NCBI RefSeq assembly: GCF_009914755.1
Contig: NC_060928.1
Reading direction: 5' to 3' (one strand)
From: the human T2T-CHM13v2.0 reference genome, Homo sapiens
Length of the DNA: 64,000 nt
Shown: positions 47,301 to 60,829 of the stretch, in pieces
Position numbering within the stretch: the first letter of the stretch is position 1
Layout of the letters: each line of letters opens with the position of its first letter
Notes under the pieces: generated by a model
What the model saw: only the letters and a program-made list of their open reading frames with translations
Databases searched by the model: none
What the model was told of the DNA's origin: nothing
Program-made: the position numbers and the translations under genes

Positions 47301-49749
47301 AAGAATTGGGTGATAATTTGAGTCCAGTAGGTTACCATATACCCCAGGGAAAACTGCTATATCTACATTTTTTACTATTTATATATTATCTTGTTAAATA
47401 GACCTCAATGATTATGTCAGATATTCATTGAAGCTATAAATTATTATGTAGAGTTATAATAATGATGTGGAGAATAAGCTTTTTTGTGCAGACTTTTTAG
47501 ACTATAGCCTTAACATGAACAAAAAAATTAACAACCATAAAAAGTATTCATTATTTTTCACGAAAGACACAAAGTGTGGACCACTCTTAAATTATTCCAA
47601 AAAAATGAACATTTTTCACATTTTACTAATAGCTTACACAAAATAAGTTGGTGGCCATAATCTTTCAGATATTTCTAGCCTTACTTTAAAAATATGTAAT
47701 TATAAAAGAATGTTGTGGCTGAAAATAAAATAAAAACTTCCTAAATAACAAATCAGTGAAAATCCCTATTCTTATCTGATTAAAGATACATTTCATTTTA
47801 AAGGAAAAAAGAACACCTACTCTATAGCATTTGGAAAGAATGATTTTAATTGTAAAACTTTTTACTTTTTCAGCATATTCAACCTTCCAATTCTCCATGA
47901 AGTTATATGAGTATTGAGATACTTATAATATCATAAAACTAATAATCTCAACAATTTGTTTTTAAAGCATATAAACTAAACTGCATAACATTTTGTTTAT
48001 TTTGATTGGTATCTCTGCAGTCTATGTATAATCAGTTTTTAAAAAGAACTGTAAAAAATAGTATCTAGTATTTTATTTTCTCAATTTCTTTTTTTCTTTA
48101 ACAGTTATTGAGTTTTAGCCTAATGTGCAGAGACAGGTGCACAGATAATACTGAAGTATACTTCAATTGGGTGGTTTTTCCTTTTTAATTTACATTTGTT
48201 CATTCATTTAACATATGGTTATTAGCACCTACTATGTATGTGTCATGCACTGGAATAAGTATAAGGAGTCTTTTAGCTTCTATGAAGTTATGGTTCAATT
48301 AATAAACATTTCACAATTCAGCAGAACATTTCTGCATGGGTAGAACCTTTAGCAAATTTCAAAACTTATCACATGGGTGACTACCAATTCTGCCAGCCTT
48401 TTCCATTCACAATTTCATAATAATCTGTAGCTAATAACCAGGATTCTCTAAAATATTTTAGAAAAGTTTTCTACTCTTGTTTAGCATTAAATAAACTATG
48501 GTCTAGCTCCTGTATATAAGCTCCATAAATACAGAAAAATAAGACTTAAATGAATTTCAACATCCAAACTAAAGCTATGAGAATTGCCAAGTCCTTCAAA
48601 GAGCTAAAAAGTTCCTCTGCAAGATGATGACACAACTGACCCATGTGAGGTGAATGATACTTGAAGACTGAGGCGTTCATAAACCTTTTGATCATCCTGA
48701 ATAAATTCTAAATGTCACAGAATTAGTAGAACTTTAACTGATGGTAAAGAGCTATAGAACACAGCTTTCAAGGAGATCAGATTTCAAGAGTATTATTTAT
48801 TACACCCATTAGACCCTAGCCTTGTATAAATATTTGCCTACATTTACTTCCACACATGTATATTCAATTTTAGAATCAGTTGAGACCCATACATTATTGT
48901 ATTGCCCTGGGACCTCAAATTATCTAATAAAGCCTTAAAAGAATTTAAGCTCTGAACCAATGTAACAATCAAAATTGTAAAATACATCTATTGCATATCT
49001 TCAACATTTTGACAGCATATTCACAAATTTTAGTTTTGGTGAATATTGATTGGAATCATGAAAACATGATTCATAGAATTTGTTTGGAAGTGAGCTTCCA
49101 CTTAATGCTTCAGTTCCTTCTATAATAATCCAAACAAAAGGTGGTAAAATTATAAAGGATATTATATGCAAAAGTGCCTTGAGAACCCAAGGAAGAGTTT
49201 ATTCAGCAAATTTTTAAAAATTTCTTCTGAAATCAATAAAAGTCCTACTTTACAAGAAGAGTTTTACCTTAATGACAGCCTGAAGCTCATGAGGAACAAG
49301 TTAAAAAGCGGGAAAACTAAAAAATAGTTGCTTTGAATCAATAGCCCCCTAGGTCTTTAAGCAGTTCAAGTTCCAGAGAGTTCCTCGATCACATTTAAGG
49401 GACTTTAAAGAATCATCTATATTCTCTTTTAAAGAATTGTATGTATTTTTTAAAAACAACAATAACTCAACTGTAAATAAACTTTTAAAATTACAAATTT
49501 TGTCTTTATAATTTACTACAACCTGCAATATTCATATTTTTAAAAATCCAGTCTCTCAATTTCAGATAAAGGCATGGAAAACTAGTTATTAGTAGTTGTT
49601 TCCAAAATCTGCTTATCTTTGATACAGTGTTTGAAATGAAAATAAAGGAAATAACTCTGTTCAATACTAGCTCTTTGTTTTTGCATTTAAATGAATGCAA
49701 AATAATGAAAATCAATGTGCTGCTACCAACATTTATGTATAAGACTCAC

Positions 49750-49838
49750 CAGGTTCTTTCAGAAGTTCCAAGTTAGAGGTCCCAGGTTGTAAGTAAAGAT
49801 GGACAGGAAAGGGATAGAGTAATTCCAACATTCTGTTT
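49750..49838 (-). CDS. IQCM: Internal coding exon (89 nt, phase 2 to 1), IQ motif-containing protein M
   Basis: Acceptor 'cttaatgtttcag', donor 'CTG/gtgagt'; reads (R)NRMLELLYPFPVHLYLQPGTSNLELLKEP in frame with the 54010-54100 exon. Gene identity is from recalled protein sequence, not a search. Confidence 0.88.
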
Positions 49839-50334
49839 CTGAAACATTAAGTTGGATCTTTAAGTAATTTGATAGTCCCTATTTTGTAATACAAATCTTC
49901 AACACTAAAGTTATGGACTAAATGCTAATCATAGAAAACCACTTGTCTCTGGTCAACAGGACTACACCTGTTGTTCCCTCAGTGCCTTGCAGAGTAAATA
50001 TTATTAAACAAAGACAAAATACTACGAAATTTTGCTGGTTCTGAGACGAATAACAAATAGGAACATTTGCTTTCCAAATGAGCCCAAACTAGCAAAAATC
50101 AGGAAAATGAACAAGCATCATATCTATCTATTTCTTCAGTGTTTTGCAAGAGATTTTTGAGTAGCATGTTTTCCTAACATGATTGAGAGAGCTTCAATCT
50201 CAACAGCTGAATAAAGTCAAGTATCACATAGAAACTTTGGAAAATGTGAGTAAGAAAAAAAGAAAGAAAATAAAAATCTCCCCTAATCTTATTACCCTGA
50301 TATTTTAGTAATAATTGCAAACCCTTCAATGCTT

Positions 50335-50560
50335 CCTATAGGCCAGCATTTAGGGCACTATTCTAATCCTTTTTATATGTTTTACCTGATTTATTCTTCA
50401 AAACAAGCATGTAGGTACTTACTATTATGATGCTCATTGTATAAATGAAGAAACTAAGACATTTAGGGGTTCAGCAGTATACAGTTCAGATTATTCCAGC
50501 TAGAAATGGGTGGGGTCAGGACTCAAATTCAGTCAGTGGGACTTCAGGAACCATATTACT
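50335..50560 (-). mobile_element. MIR
   Basis: 'cattgtataaatgaagaaactaagac' core, 'ggactcaaattcag'. Confidence 0.65.
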
Positions 50561-50717
50561 ATTTTATACTGATTCCATTCGACATGATTAGCATATGGAA
50601 TATATTTCATTCCTTTTCTCTGTTTAAGTGTACATAAATGCACGCAAAATTTTATACTATTATTTTGCACTAATATATCACAGAGATCTTTCTTTATAAA
50701 TGTACAAAGGTGCACAT

Positions 50718-50777
50718 TGTTATTTTGACCCATTACATAGATTTCCATGTTATTTTGGCCCATTACATAGAAATTCA
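50718..50777. repeat. 30-bp tandem duplication
   Basis: tgttattttg(a/g)cccattacataga... x2. Confidence 0.88.
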
Positions 50778-53700
50778 TTGTATAGATTTTAACATACTGA
50801 TCGCTTATTTACCAGTGTTCTTCTGTGGGATATATTTGTTGGTTTTGCTTTTTTGTTGTTTATAAACAAGGATGAAAATCTTTGAACATTTATATTTGTG
50901 CACCTGTATTTCCTTGTGTTACTATAAATGCCTAGAAATTAAAATGTTGGTTTGAAAATTATATAAATCTTACATAAATTTCTAGAATTTTAAAACATTT
51001 GCCTAGAAAGCAGCATGGTCTATGAAAGAGGGGACTCTTCAGAGATTCACATTTGGCACATAGTAGGCACTCAATAGATAGTAAAGAAATAACTAATGAT
51101 ACGATCTATTAATTTGACTGTCACTCATGTGGTCATGCCCACAGAGTTGGCCAAAGGACTGAGGTATCCCTTAAGTTGTATCAAGAGAAAATAGAGAGAC
51201 GTGAGTATGCAGTCAGTTTTATAAAATTCCATTTGAAATTCTATAACGTTTTTATATATCACCAAGAATGGGGTCAAATTTCATTGATCAGGCATAATTT
51301 CCTTTGCTTTCTAATATCTAGTCAATGGATAAGTGTTATTTAATCTCCAAGTTAGAACTAATTATGTATTTTCAATTGTTCCTGACTAATGAAAGATTCT
51401 AATGGAAGTAGACCATTCAACCACTGAAGCAAAATATTTTACAGACATTAAGATGAAATGGCAGTTGCTTCACACAAATGTGAAATGCCAGGAGGGATTC
51501 TATCATTATTTTATAATATCCTCATTCTGTTATGAAATTGATCAGAACAACCTAAACATGAATTGTCATGTAACACAGGAAACTCACTGATCACAAAACT
51601 GGGCAAAGAAATCCAGGCTCACTTGCCTAAATTACAGAATGCATTTACTGAAATGCAGTTGTCATAACTTCAAATGCACCAAATAATATCAACTAAAAAT
51701 TAGCACTAGTAAATAAGTGATTAATAAATGCATTTTGTTGATGGGAAATTAAAATTTAGGATGAACCCATATCTATCATCATCATAAAGAGTATTTTAAT
51801 GTAGGGAAATCTTTGAATTTAGAATTCAAAGGTACACTGAAGAACTTTACCTTCTTAAACTTATATTGAAATTGTAACAGTATTCAATTGTGTTTTCCCA
51901 CCACAGGTCAAAAATAGACAAGTTTAGAAAAGGGAAGAAATCATATATTTAAAAGATTTGATCATATTCATGTTTTGCTCAAGGAAATTTCTTTTGTTGG
52001 GCCAATATTTCAATAGTCATCCCAAAAGTATTAGAGTCATCTTAACAATCAGCATTTTTCAAGGCATCTTCAGGATAATTATAAGTTGTTTATATACAAC
52101 TTTTCTCACAGGGGTCTAATTAACTTGAACAAAAACCTTTTGGGAGTTTCATAAAGAGTTGGGTCATTCATACTAATTAGTCCTAGAGCCTGTCCCTGCA
52201 TTGTTAACAATCTCATATCTAATTTCCCAACTGATTATATTATCTTTTCTTCTGCTTATATTCTCATTGCTGTTTCCTTATCTTCATTATGTGGTGAACT
52301 CGATTTCAAAAAAAATTTTTGCCTAATGACATTCTATTTGTCTAGTTAAGCACAGGTTTCCAAAAATCCTTAGTCACCACGTCCCAAAGCACTTATTTGT
52401 CTTTCCCCCTGCATTCCCATCACACTTTTAACATTAATGAAATGAAGCTAACTGTTAAAGTAGGAAACAAGTTACCACCATCAACTAGCTATAAATAAAG
52501 ACAAGGCAGCCCAGGTGTATTGAAGCTCAGGCTTTACATGCCCTGAGCTGTCACTGGAAGTACATGCACTTGCTCTTAATTTCAAAGGATGTTGATCTTC
52601 CTCATTAAGCAGGATATGTTTTCATTAAAAACAGGAAGTTAGGGTGTCAAGGGACCTTTATCTTCTACCAGTTGCAGAAGAAACAATTCTTCGGAAAATA
52701 GTCAACTCTCTTAAGAAAGACATTATACTGAAAGATATTATACCTGATCAGATTTATTAATAAGTGCTTCACTTGTCCCTAAAACATTATTATTCTGCCA
52801 TGGCTTACCAGCCTCATCTAAAGATACTGAAAATGATTTTCAAATCAGTTAACCTTTTCAGTTAGTAAAAGCTGACTTGAAATTCTAAACAATTTGGCTA
52901 AATTGCTATATTAACTACTCTTTTAGGAGCTACCAATTTGCTAGACCAATTTGGATCTTGAGTTAAAATGGGTAACTCAAAGGCAGAGAAGAAATTTATA
53001 AAAACTAGTAAATTTCCAATATAATAATTTCTTTTCCTTTGTAATTAATATCTTCCCTTATCATGGGTATAACCAAACCTTTAGTATTAAGGCTGTGTAT
53101 ATATTTCACTCTTTCAAATCTGAGTATTGTATGACACTTAAGCCAAGAAAGTGGTTACCCTGAGCATGGATCTTCTAGTGTTAAGCACATAGCTCACAAC
53201 TTAAACGTTGGAAGACCCATAAAGTTCTTCATAGCCTTGCCAGCATTTCCTCAACTAACTTGTAGCTGTGCCAATTACCCCAAATTTCTGACCATGTTAT
53301 AATATCAATGAATTATTGTAAAACAAGCTACTGAAAAATATATTTTAGCAGAGAAGTATTTACTGTCTGTAAGTATAAATGTTCTTACCAAATATGTGCT
53401 GAAGGGCTTAGAGGTTCTATCTATAGCTTCAGCACCAACTATTGTGTATGTAATTTTAAAGTTGTCTTGAAGATGGTGATGCTATTTCATGCAATAATTC
53501 AGAAAAGGAACTGACCCATCTCCAGACACTTTTGGAAAGCAGAGGCAATGCTCAGAATTCCTGTGTTCAAACTATGTTCTGTAGAACCAGTGTCACCTTC
53601 TGTTAGAAAGACTAACCTTTAATTATTAGATTTAGAAAGGAAAATTATAACTTACTCTGCTCCATAATTGCTGCAGATGAGTTATTAAAATTCTAAACTT

Positions 53701-54009
53701 ATGTAATATTATCATAAAATATGGCATTTTTTTCCCCAGGAAAGCCACAAATTGGATTCAAGCTTATGCACTGTAAAACCCAGATGGTTTACTTAACTAC
53801 TCAGACATCCTCCAGTTCAAAAGTTAATTGAACTGAAAACAAAAATTTTGATAATTGATATGCTTTGAGGAACTCAAGCGGAACAATAAATTAGCTTCAT
53901 GTATGGGGTGTTAATAGAAAAACTTGAGAGACCATGACAATTGGTCAGGGAATATTGGCAAAGTAGAAGAAAATATATATTTTCTATAGGTTAGCTAATT
54001 ATACATTAC

Positions 54010-54100
54010 CTGGACTCCTCAAAGTGCTGTTGCTTTGCTGTCTCCATTTTTTTACTCACTGGTTCAATAATAGTCATGATTTTATCCAATTTAACTTGTC
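54010..54100 (-). CDS. IQCM: Internal coding exon (91 nt, phase 1 to 2), IQ motif-containing protein M
   Basis: Acceptor 'aaaatttcag', donor 'CAG/gtaatg'; reads (G)QVKLDKIMTIIEPVSKKMETAKQQHFEES(R); phase-compatible with the next exon; lies in unique sequence. Confidence 0.88.
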
Positions 54101-55162
54101 CTGAAATTTTGTTAAAGTTTTAATTGCATACTATTAGTTTTCAAGTTGTAAGTGCATTTTTCAAATTCAATTGCAAATCACAGATTTTTAATAACAAGAG
54201 CTATAATCTTTTAAAATGTTACTAACACAGAGATACTAAAAATCACAGCTGAGTAGTTTTCTTCACTCCATGCTACTCAGATGCTTTGCAATTACTAAAC
54301 TTTAGGACTGAAAATTATAGTGCAAATGAACTACATATATCAGAAAGGAGATTGCTCTCAGAGAAATGGCTGCAACAGCATAGCATATACCGATGAATAC
54401 AAACAGCCTCATTTATACATATCAGTATTATTATAATCATTATCATCACAAAGCTTAGTTCTTACAGAAGGGGCTGCTATTTTAAAATAATTTGGCAAAT
54501 CTCTAGTTCCTATAAATAGGAACACAAAGTGCTCCAGAAATCTCATTATTTGATAGAGTAAGACTAAAGTTCACAAAAGGCAAAGGTTCTACTTTTTAAA
54601 AAATCTACTTCTTCAAGTCTAAAGAGAAATTTACATAAGTATTTTTAAAATACTCATTACTTTCTATTGTCCACAGATAATGGGACCAATATATAGTTTG
54701 AAATATTATAACAAAAATATTATCAGGTAACTATTGAGCACCTTCTAGCTACTAGCTCAGATATATTATTAATAAAAGATACAGAACACATGAGACGAAA
54801 CCCTCTGCTTTAGAAAATTACAGGCTAGATGGATCTCAATGTCATCAAAAAGAAGAGCGTATTAGACTGAATTATGTAACGTATATTCAAAATGTACGTT
54901 CAGAGAACATAACATTTTTGTAGAAATGGAAAACAGAATATCAATATTGATTAACTACAGTCGGCCTTCGGTGTCCTTGGGTTCTGCATCTGCAGATTCA
55001 ACCAACCACAGATTGACAATATTCAGAAAAAAAAAATTTAAAAATACAATACAATAAAAATAATATAAATTTAAAAACAATATAGTAGGAAAGCTATTTG
55101 CATAGAGTTTGCATAGCATTTTGTATTATAAGTAATCTAGAGATGATTTAAAGTACAGGAGA

Positions 55163-58100
55163 AGAAATTGATGCCAATCATTCTGACACTACTCCACAAA
55201 ATAGAGAAAGAGTGAACCCTAATTCATTCTATGAAGCCAGCATCACCCTACTAACAAAACCAGGAAAGGACATAACTAAAAAGAAAACTACAGACCAATA
55301 TCCCTGATGAACATAGATGCTAACATCCTTAACAAAATACTAGCTAACTGAGTCCAACAACATATCTAAAAGATAAGCCACCATGATCAAGTGGGTTTCA
55401 TACCAGGGATGCAGGGATGGTTTAACATATGCAAGTCAATAAATGTGATACACCACATACACAGAATTAAAAACAAAAATCACATGATCATCTCAATAGA
55501 TGCAGAAAAAGCATTTGACAAAATCCAGCACCGCTTTATGATTAAAACTCCCAGCAAAATCAGCATACAAGGGACATACCTCAATGTAATAAAAGCCATC
55601 TATGACAAACCCACAGCCGACATAATACTGAATAGGGAAAAGTTGAAAGCATTCCTTCTGAGAACTGAAACAAGACAAGAATGCCCACTCTTACCATTCC
55701 TCTTCAATGTAATACTGGAAGTCCTAGCCAGAGCAATCAGACAAGAGAAAGAAATAAAGGGCATCCAAATCTCTAAAGAGGAAGTCAAACTGTCACTGTT
55801 TGCTGAAGATATGATCATTTACCTTGAAAACTCTAAAGACTCCTCCAGAAAGTTCCTAGAACTGATAAAAAAATTTCAGCAAAGTTTCCAGATACAAGAT
55901 TAATGTACACAAATCAGTAGCTCTTCCATACACCAACAGTGCCCAAGCAGAAAATCAAATCAAAAACTCAACCCCTTTTACAATAGCTGCAAACAAAAAA
56001 TAAAATACTTAAGAATATACCTAACCAAGGAGGCAAAAGACCTCTACAAGGAAAACTAAAAAACACTGCTGAAAGAAATCATACATGACACAAAAAATGG
56101 AAACACATGCCATGCTCATGGATGGGTAGAATCAATATTGTGAAAATGACCATACTGCCAAAAGCAATCTACAAATTCAACACAATCCCCATCAAAATAC
56201 CACCATCATTCTTCACAGAATTTTTTAAAAAACAATTCTAAAATTTATATGGAACCAAAAAGAGCCTGCATAACCGAAGCAAGACTAAGCAAAAAGAACA
56301 AATCTGGAGGCATCAGACTACCTGATTTCAAACTATACTATAAGGCCATAGTCACCAAAACGGCATGGTACTGGTATAAAAATAGGCATATAAACCAATG
56401 GAACAGAAGAGAGAACCCAGAAATAAACCCTAATATTTACAGCCATCTGATCTTCAACAAAGCAAACAAAAACAAAGTGGGGAAAGGACACCCTTTTCAA
56501 CAAATGGTGCTGGGATAATTGGCTAGCCACATTTAGGAGAAAAAAACTGGATCCTCATCTTTCACCTTATACAAAAATCAACTCAAGGTGGATTAAGGGC
56601 TTAAATCTAAGACCTGAAACTATAAAAATTCTAGAAGATAACAGTGGAAAAATCCTTCTAGACATTGGCTTAGGCAAGGATTTCATAACCAAGAACCCAA
56701 AAGCAAATGCAATAAAAACAAAGATAAGGACACATGCACACCTATGTTTATTATGGCACTGTTCACAATAGCAAAGACTTGGAACCAACCCAAATGCCCA
56801 TCAGTGATAGACTGGATAAAGAATGTGTGGTACATATACACCATGGAATACTATGCAGCCAGAAAAAGGAATAAGTCCATGTCCTTTGTAGGGACATGGA
56901 TGAAGCTGGAAATCATCATCTGCACCAAATTAACACAGGAACAGAAAACCAAACACTGCATGTTCTCACTCATAAGTGGGAGTTGAACAATAAGAACACA
57001 TGGACACAGAGAGGGGAACATCACACTATGGGGCCTGTGGGGGATGGGAGAACATTAGGAGAAATACTTAATGTAGATGACGGGTTGACAGGTGCAGCAA
57101 ACCACCATGGCACATGTATACCTATGTAACAAACCTGCACATTCTGCACATGTACCCCAGAACTTAAAGTATAATAATAAAAAATAAAAATTTTAAAAAG
57201 ATAAATATTTGGGACTTAATTAACTAAAGAACTTTTGCACAGCAAAAGGAACAGTCAGCAGAGTAAACAGACAACCCACAGAGTGGGAGAAAATCTTCAC
57301 AATCTATGCATCTGACAAAGGACTAATATCCAGAATCTGCAACAAACTCAAACAAATCAATAAGAAAAAAATACAAAATCCCATCAAAAAGTGGGCTAAG
57401 GACCTGAATAGACAATTCTCAAAAGAAGATATACAAATGCCCAACAAACATATGAAAAAATGCTCAACATCACTAATGATCAGGGAAATGCAAATCAAAA
57501 CCACAATGTGAAAGAACAGCCATAATCAAAAAATTAAAAACAGCAGATGTTGGCATGGATGCAGTGATCAGGGAACACTTCTACACTGCTGGTGGGAATG
57601 TAAACTAATACAGCCAGTATGGAAAACAGTGTGGGGATTCCTTAAAGAACTAAAAGTAGAACTACCATTTGATCCAGTAATCTCACTACTGGGTATCTAC
57701 CCAAAGGAAAAGAAGTCATCATACGAAAAAGATACTTGCACATGCATGTTTATAGCAGCACAATTCACAATTGCAAAGACATAGAACCAACTCAAATGCC
57801 CATCAATCAATGAGCGGATAAAGAAACTGGTGTATGCATGTATATACACACACACAATGGAATATTACTCAGCCATAAAAAGAAATGAATTAATGGCATT
57901 TGCAGCAACCTGGATGAGATTGGAGACTATTATTCTAAGTGAAGTAACTCAGGAATGGAAAACCAAACATCATATGTTCTCACTGAAATGTGAGAGCTAA
58001 GACATGTGGATGCAAAGGCATAAGAATGATACAATGGACTTTGGGGACTTGGGGGGAAAGGTGGGAGGGGGATGAGGGATAAAAGACTACAAATAGGGTG

Positions 58101-58230
58101 CAGCATGTACTGCTTGGGTGATGGGTGCACCAAAATCTCACAAATTACCACTAAAGAACTTAACTTGTAGCCAAATACCACCAATACCCCAATAACATAT
58201 AGAAAAAGTAAATACATTTTAAGAAATAAA
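55163..58230 (+). mobile_element. 5'-truncated L1PB-type element inside MER2
   Basis: ORF2 RT motifs ([31 protein letters not shown]) and 3'UTR 'gggataaaagactacaaatagggtgcag'. Confidence 0.9.
56728..57196 (+). mobile_element. Short L1PA7-like 3' fragment nested in the L1PB
   Basis: ORF2 end, 3'UTR and A-tail interrupt the host ORF2 at 'aaaaacaaagataa|atatttgggactt'; TSD aaagataa at 56720-56727 and 57197-57204. Confidence 0.9.
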
Positions 58231-58744
58231 ACATATGGGAAAATGTGCATAGATTATGTGCAAATACATACTACACATTTTATCAGGAACTTGGGCATTC
58301 TCGGATCTTGGAATGATGGAGGTAGGGTAAGTCCTGGAACCAGTTCCCCAAGGATACCGAGCAAAGGCTGTATTTATAAGGTATTGGTTAGCATTCCTTG
58401 TGAATTATCTCATGTAAGCTTCAACAGTTTTGTTCTGTTTTTGTTTTTGTAAAGTACTGTGATTAGTCTGTTTACTCGGAGAAGCAACTTTCCCAAGATC
58501 CTTTAACCTGGAAGGTACAGAGCCAGGACTCCATTATTTTTTACTGTGCTCTACACTGCCCCCTGGAACTTCAGGGGATTCATCAGTAAAAGTGGGTAAT
58601 TTCTGCCTTGTTTACTTCAGAAGGTAACTATAAAGCTCAGAGGACACACTTTATATAAAGACACGTGGTATGTTAAGTGATATCATATTAAGGTAAAGGA
58701 GAATTTTTAAGTTTGAGTCTTAAAAATAGAAACATTAAAATATT

Positions 58745-58968
58745 TGCCATATGCCAAATGTGCTAATTGCTATATATGGATTATCATGTTTTATTCTTAG
58801 AGACATCCCATAGATTAAGTACTATTACTATCTCCATTTTACAGATGAGGAAATGAAAGCAGAGGTGTGATTATTTTCCCCAAGATTAGACCATTAGCAA
58901 TAGGTAGAGATGATATTCAAACCCAGGCAGATAGCCCCTGGAACCTGAATTCTTAATCACTCTGCTGC
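58745..58968 (-). mobile_element. MIR
   Basis: 'ctccattttacagatgaggaaatgaaagc...attcaaacccaggcag'. Confidence 0.85.
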
Positions 58969-59629
58969 TCAATATTCCTGTTTGTTTACTGTACTTATTT
59001 ATAGAGTATCTACTTAGTAAAAATTGCTATGCTAACTCCTGGGAGGGGAGCAGTGTAGAGTATAATGGTTAATAAAGCACTATTGCTACCTTCAATGGAC
59101 AGCATAACAGTGAAAATCACTGCAGAAAAGTGAAGGAGGAAAAGGATGGGGCAAAGGTGATGGGAGGGGCAATCTGGAGATATAAAGAGTGAAATTTTAC
59201 AGCAATGGTAAAGAAGTTAACCTTGCAATGAAAGAAAGACAATCACAGAAGCTAAAGAAAGCATTAGGATTTAGTGAAATTTTTGTTGTTGTTTTATTTT
59301 TCAAGGCAGGAGGTTTTCAAGTCAGATAGGAAAGGAGCCAATATAGATCAAGAGATTACAGATACTCACATCTGAATACACTTGGAATTGAATACATGAG
59401 CAGGGAACAGGTTCACTACATACCTAGGAAGGATATGATGAAGTTCACAAGTGAAGGTATTATTTAAGGATAATATTATTTTGAAAGCAACATTATGAAA
59501 CTAAATTTTCACTAATGAGGAATTCACGTTTGTAAAAATACACATCTATGCTTAAAACATACAACATATATGTGTATCTTGGTTTATTTATTTGCAAATG
59601 CACAGGAAAGATATGGAAGAATGTACACT

Positions 59630-59970
59630 ACAGCAGAGACAATTAGTACTCACCAAATTATCCATGTGCTCCCCTATATTTTCCATACCCCTTTAAAATT
59701 ACTTTGAGGACATGTAATTAGACTCTAACCAATGAGATGTGAGTACATGAGGTGTGAGCCACTACCAGACATGGGCTGAAGTCCACTCTTCCCCTGCCAC
59801 AGTGCCCCAGGGAGCCTGTGCACCAAATGGTGGAGCTATAAGGTAAACTGTCTATCACACTGTGATTGATGTAGGGGGAAAATAAGTCTTTATGAAACAT
59901 GAAGTGACAGAGAATCTAGGGTTCATTTGTTACTCAACAGAGCGCAACCTTTCTTGTCTAATATTACACC
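59630..59970 (+). mobile_element. Old MLT1 (MaLR) LTR
   Basis: 'ctctaaccaatgagatgtgagtaca', 'gaagtgacagagaatctagggttcatttgttac'. Confidence 0.6.
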
Positions 59971-60829
59971 AAACTAAGACCATCAACAGTATCTATCTTT
60001 GGAAGGAAGTGGAAAATGTAGTATTGTTAGGACTTTCCCTTTCAATCCTATATATGTATGTATTTTTTAAATCTTTATAATGAGCTTGTGTTAATACAAT
60101 AATTAAGAAAAAGATATGTCTATTTTAGAGAAAAAAAACTGTTAAATACTTTGGGTATAATCCTTTTAAGTGCTAAACTAAAAGCCCTCTATAGACCATT
60201 GAGCTAAGTCATATTAGGACTGCATCCAACATACAAAATAAATGCAGATATACTTTTTAAAAAGTAGTATATAGAGTTAAAGGAGATCTCTAAAAAGGCA
60301 ATTAAAACATATGAAAATCTAACATTGCTGCAGATAAACCTTTAGATGGCAACTGAGACTTAGTGTGTGACTTTAGGCCAATTATAACATCTCTGAATTT
60401 CTAACTATTGCTTATGTAAAATCTAGTAGCTAAACCAATTCCACCAAACTAGAATTTCAGTTCTGAAATATAAATTATAAATAACCTCTGATTAGAATAC
60501 TCATTCAAAGAGAGACCAAAAGGGAGACCAGGGCAAAAAAACAGAGGTAAAGTGATGAATTCTTAGAGGTTTTACAATGAAGTTAAGCAAAAGGAATGTA
60601 AGGCATTAAAACTGCCAACTTAGGTATGAGCTGACAGGCAAAAAAGAAAAACAACAACAAAAACTCCCAACCAAAAGACTCTAGTCTCTAGCACTACTTA
60701 CTATGTGCTCCTCAGAGTCCAGCTGGAATTATTCATTCACCTGAGCTCAATCATTTGTTCATCTGAAATCAATCATCCATTCAATTTCATTCACTTCTGA
60801 CAATTTTGCCTTTCTCCTTCATGGGCTCA

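Larger units (their letters stand above)
54958..58370. mobile_element. MER2 (Tigger-derived) DNA transposon split by an L1
   Basis: Left half 54958-~55162 'cagtcggccttcggtgtccttggg...', right half ~58235-58370 '...aggataccgagcaaaggctg'; TIRs and TA target duplication. Confidence 0.88.

Noticed and set aside
60512-60529. Two close GAGACC (BsaI) sites suggesting synthetic sequence
   Set aside because: Same orientation, no vector or tag sequence nearby; consistent with chance.
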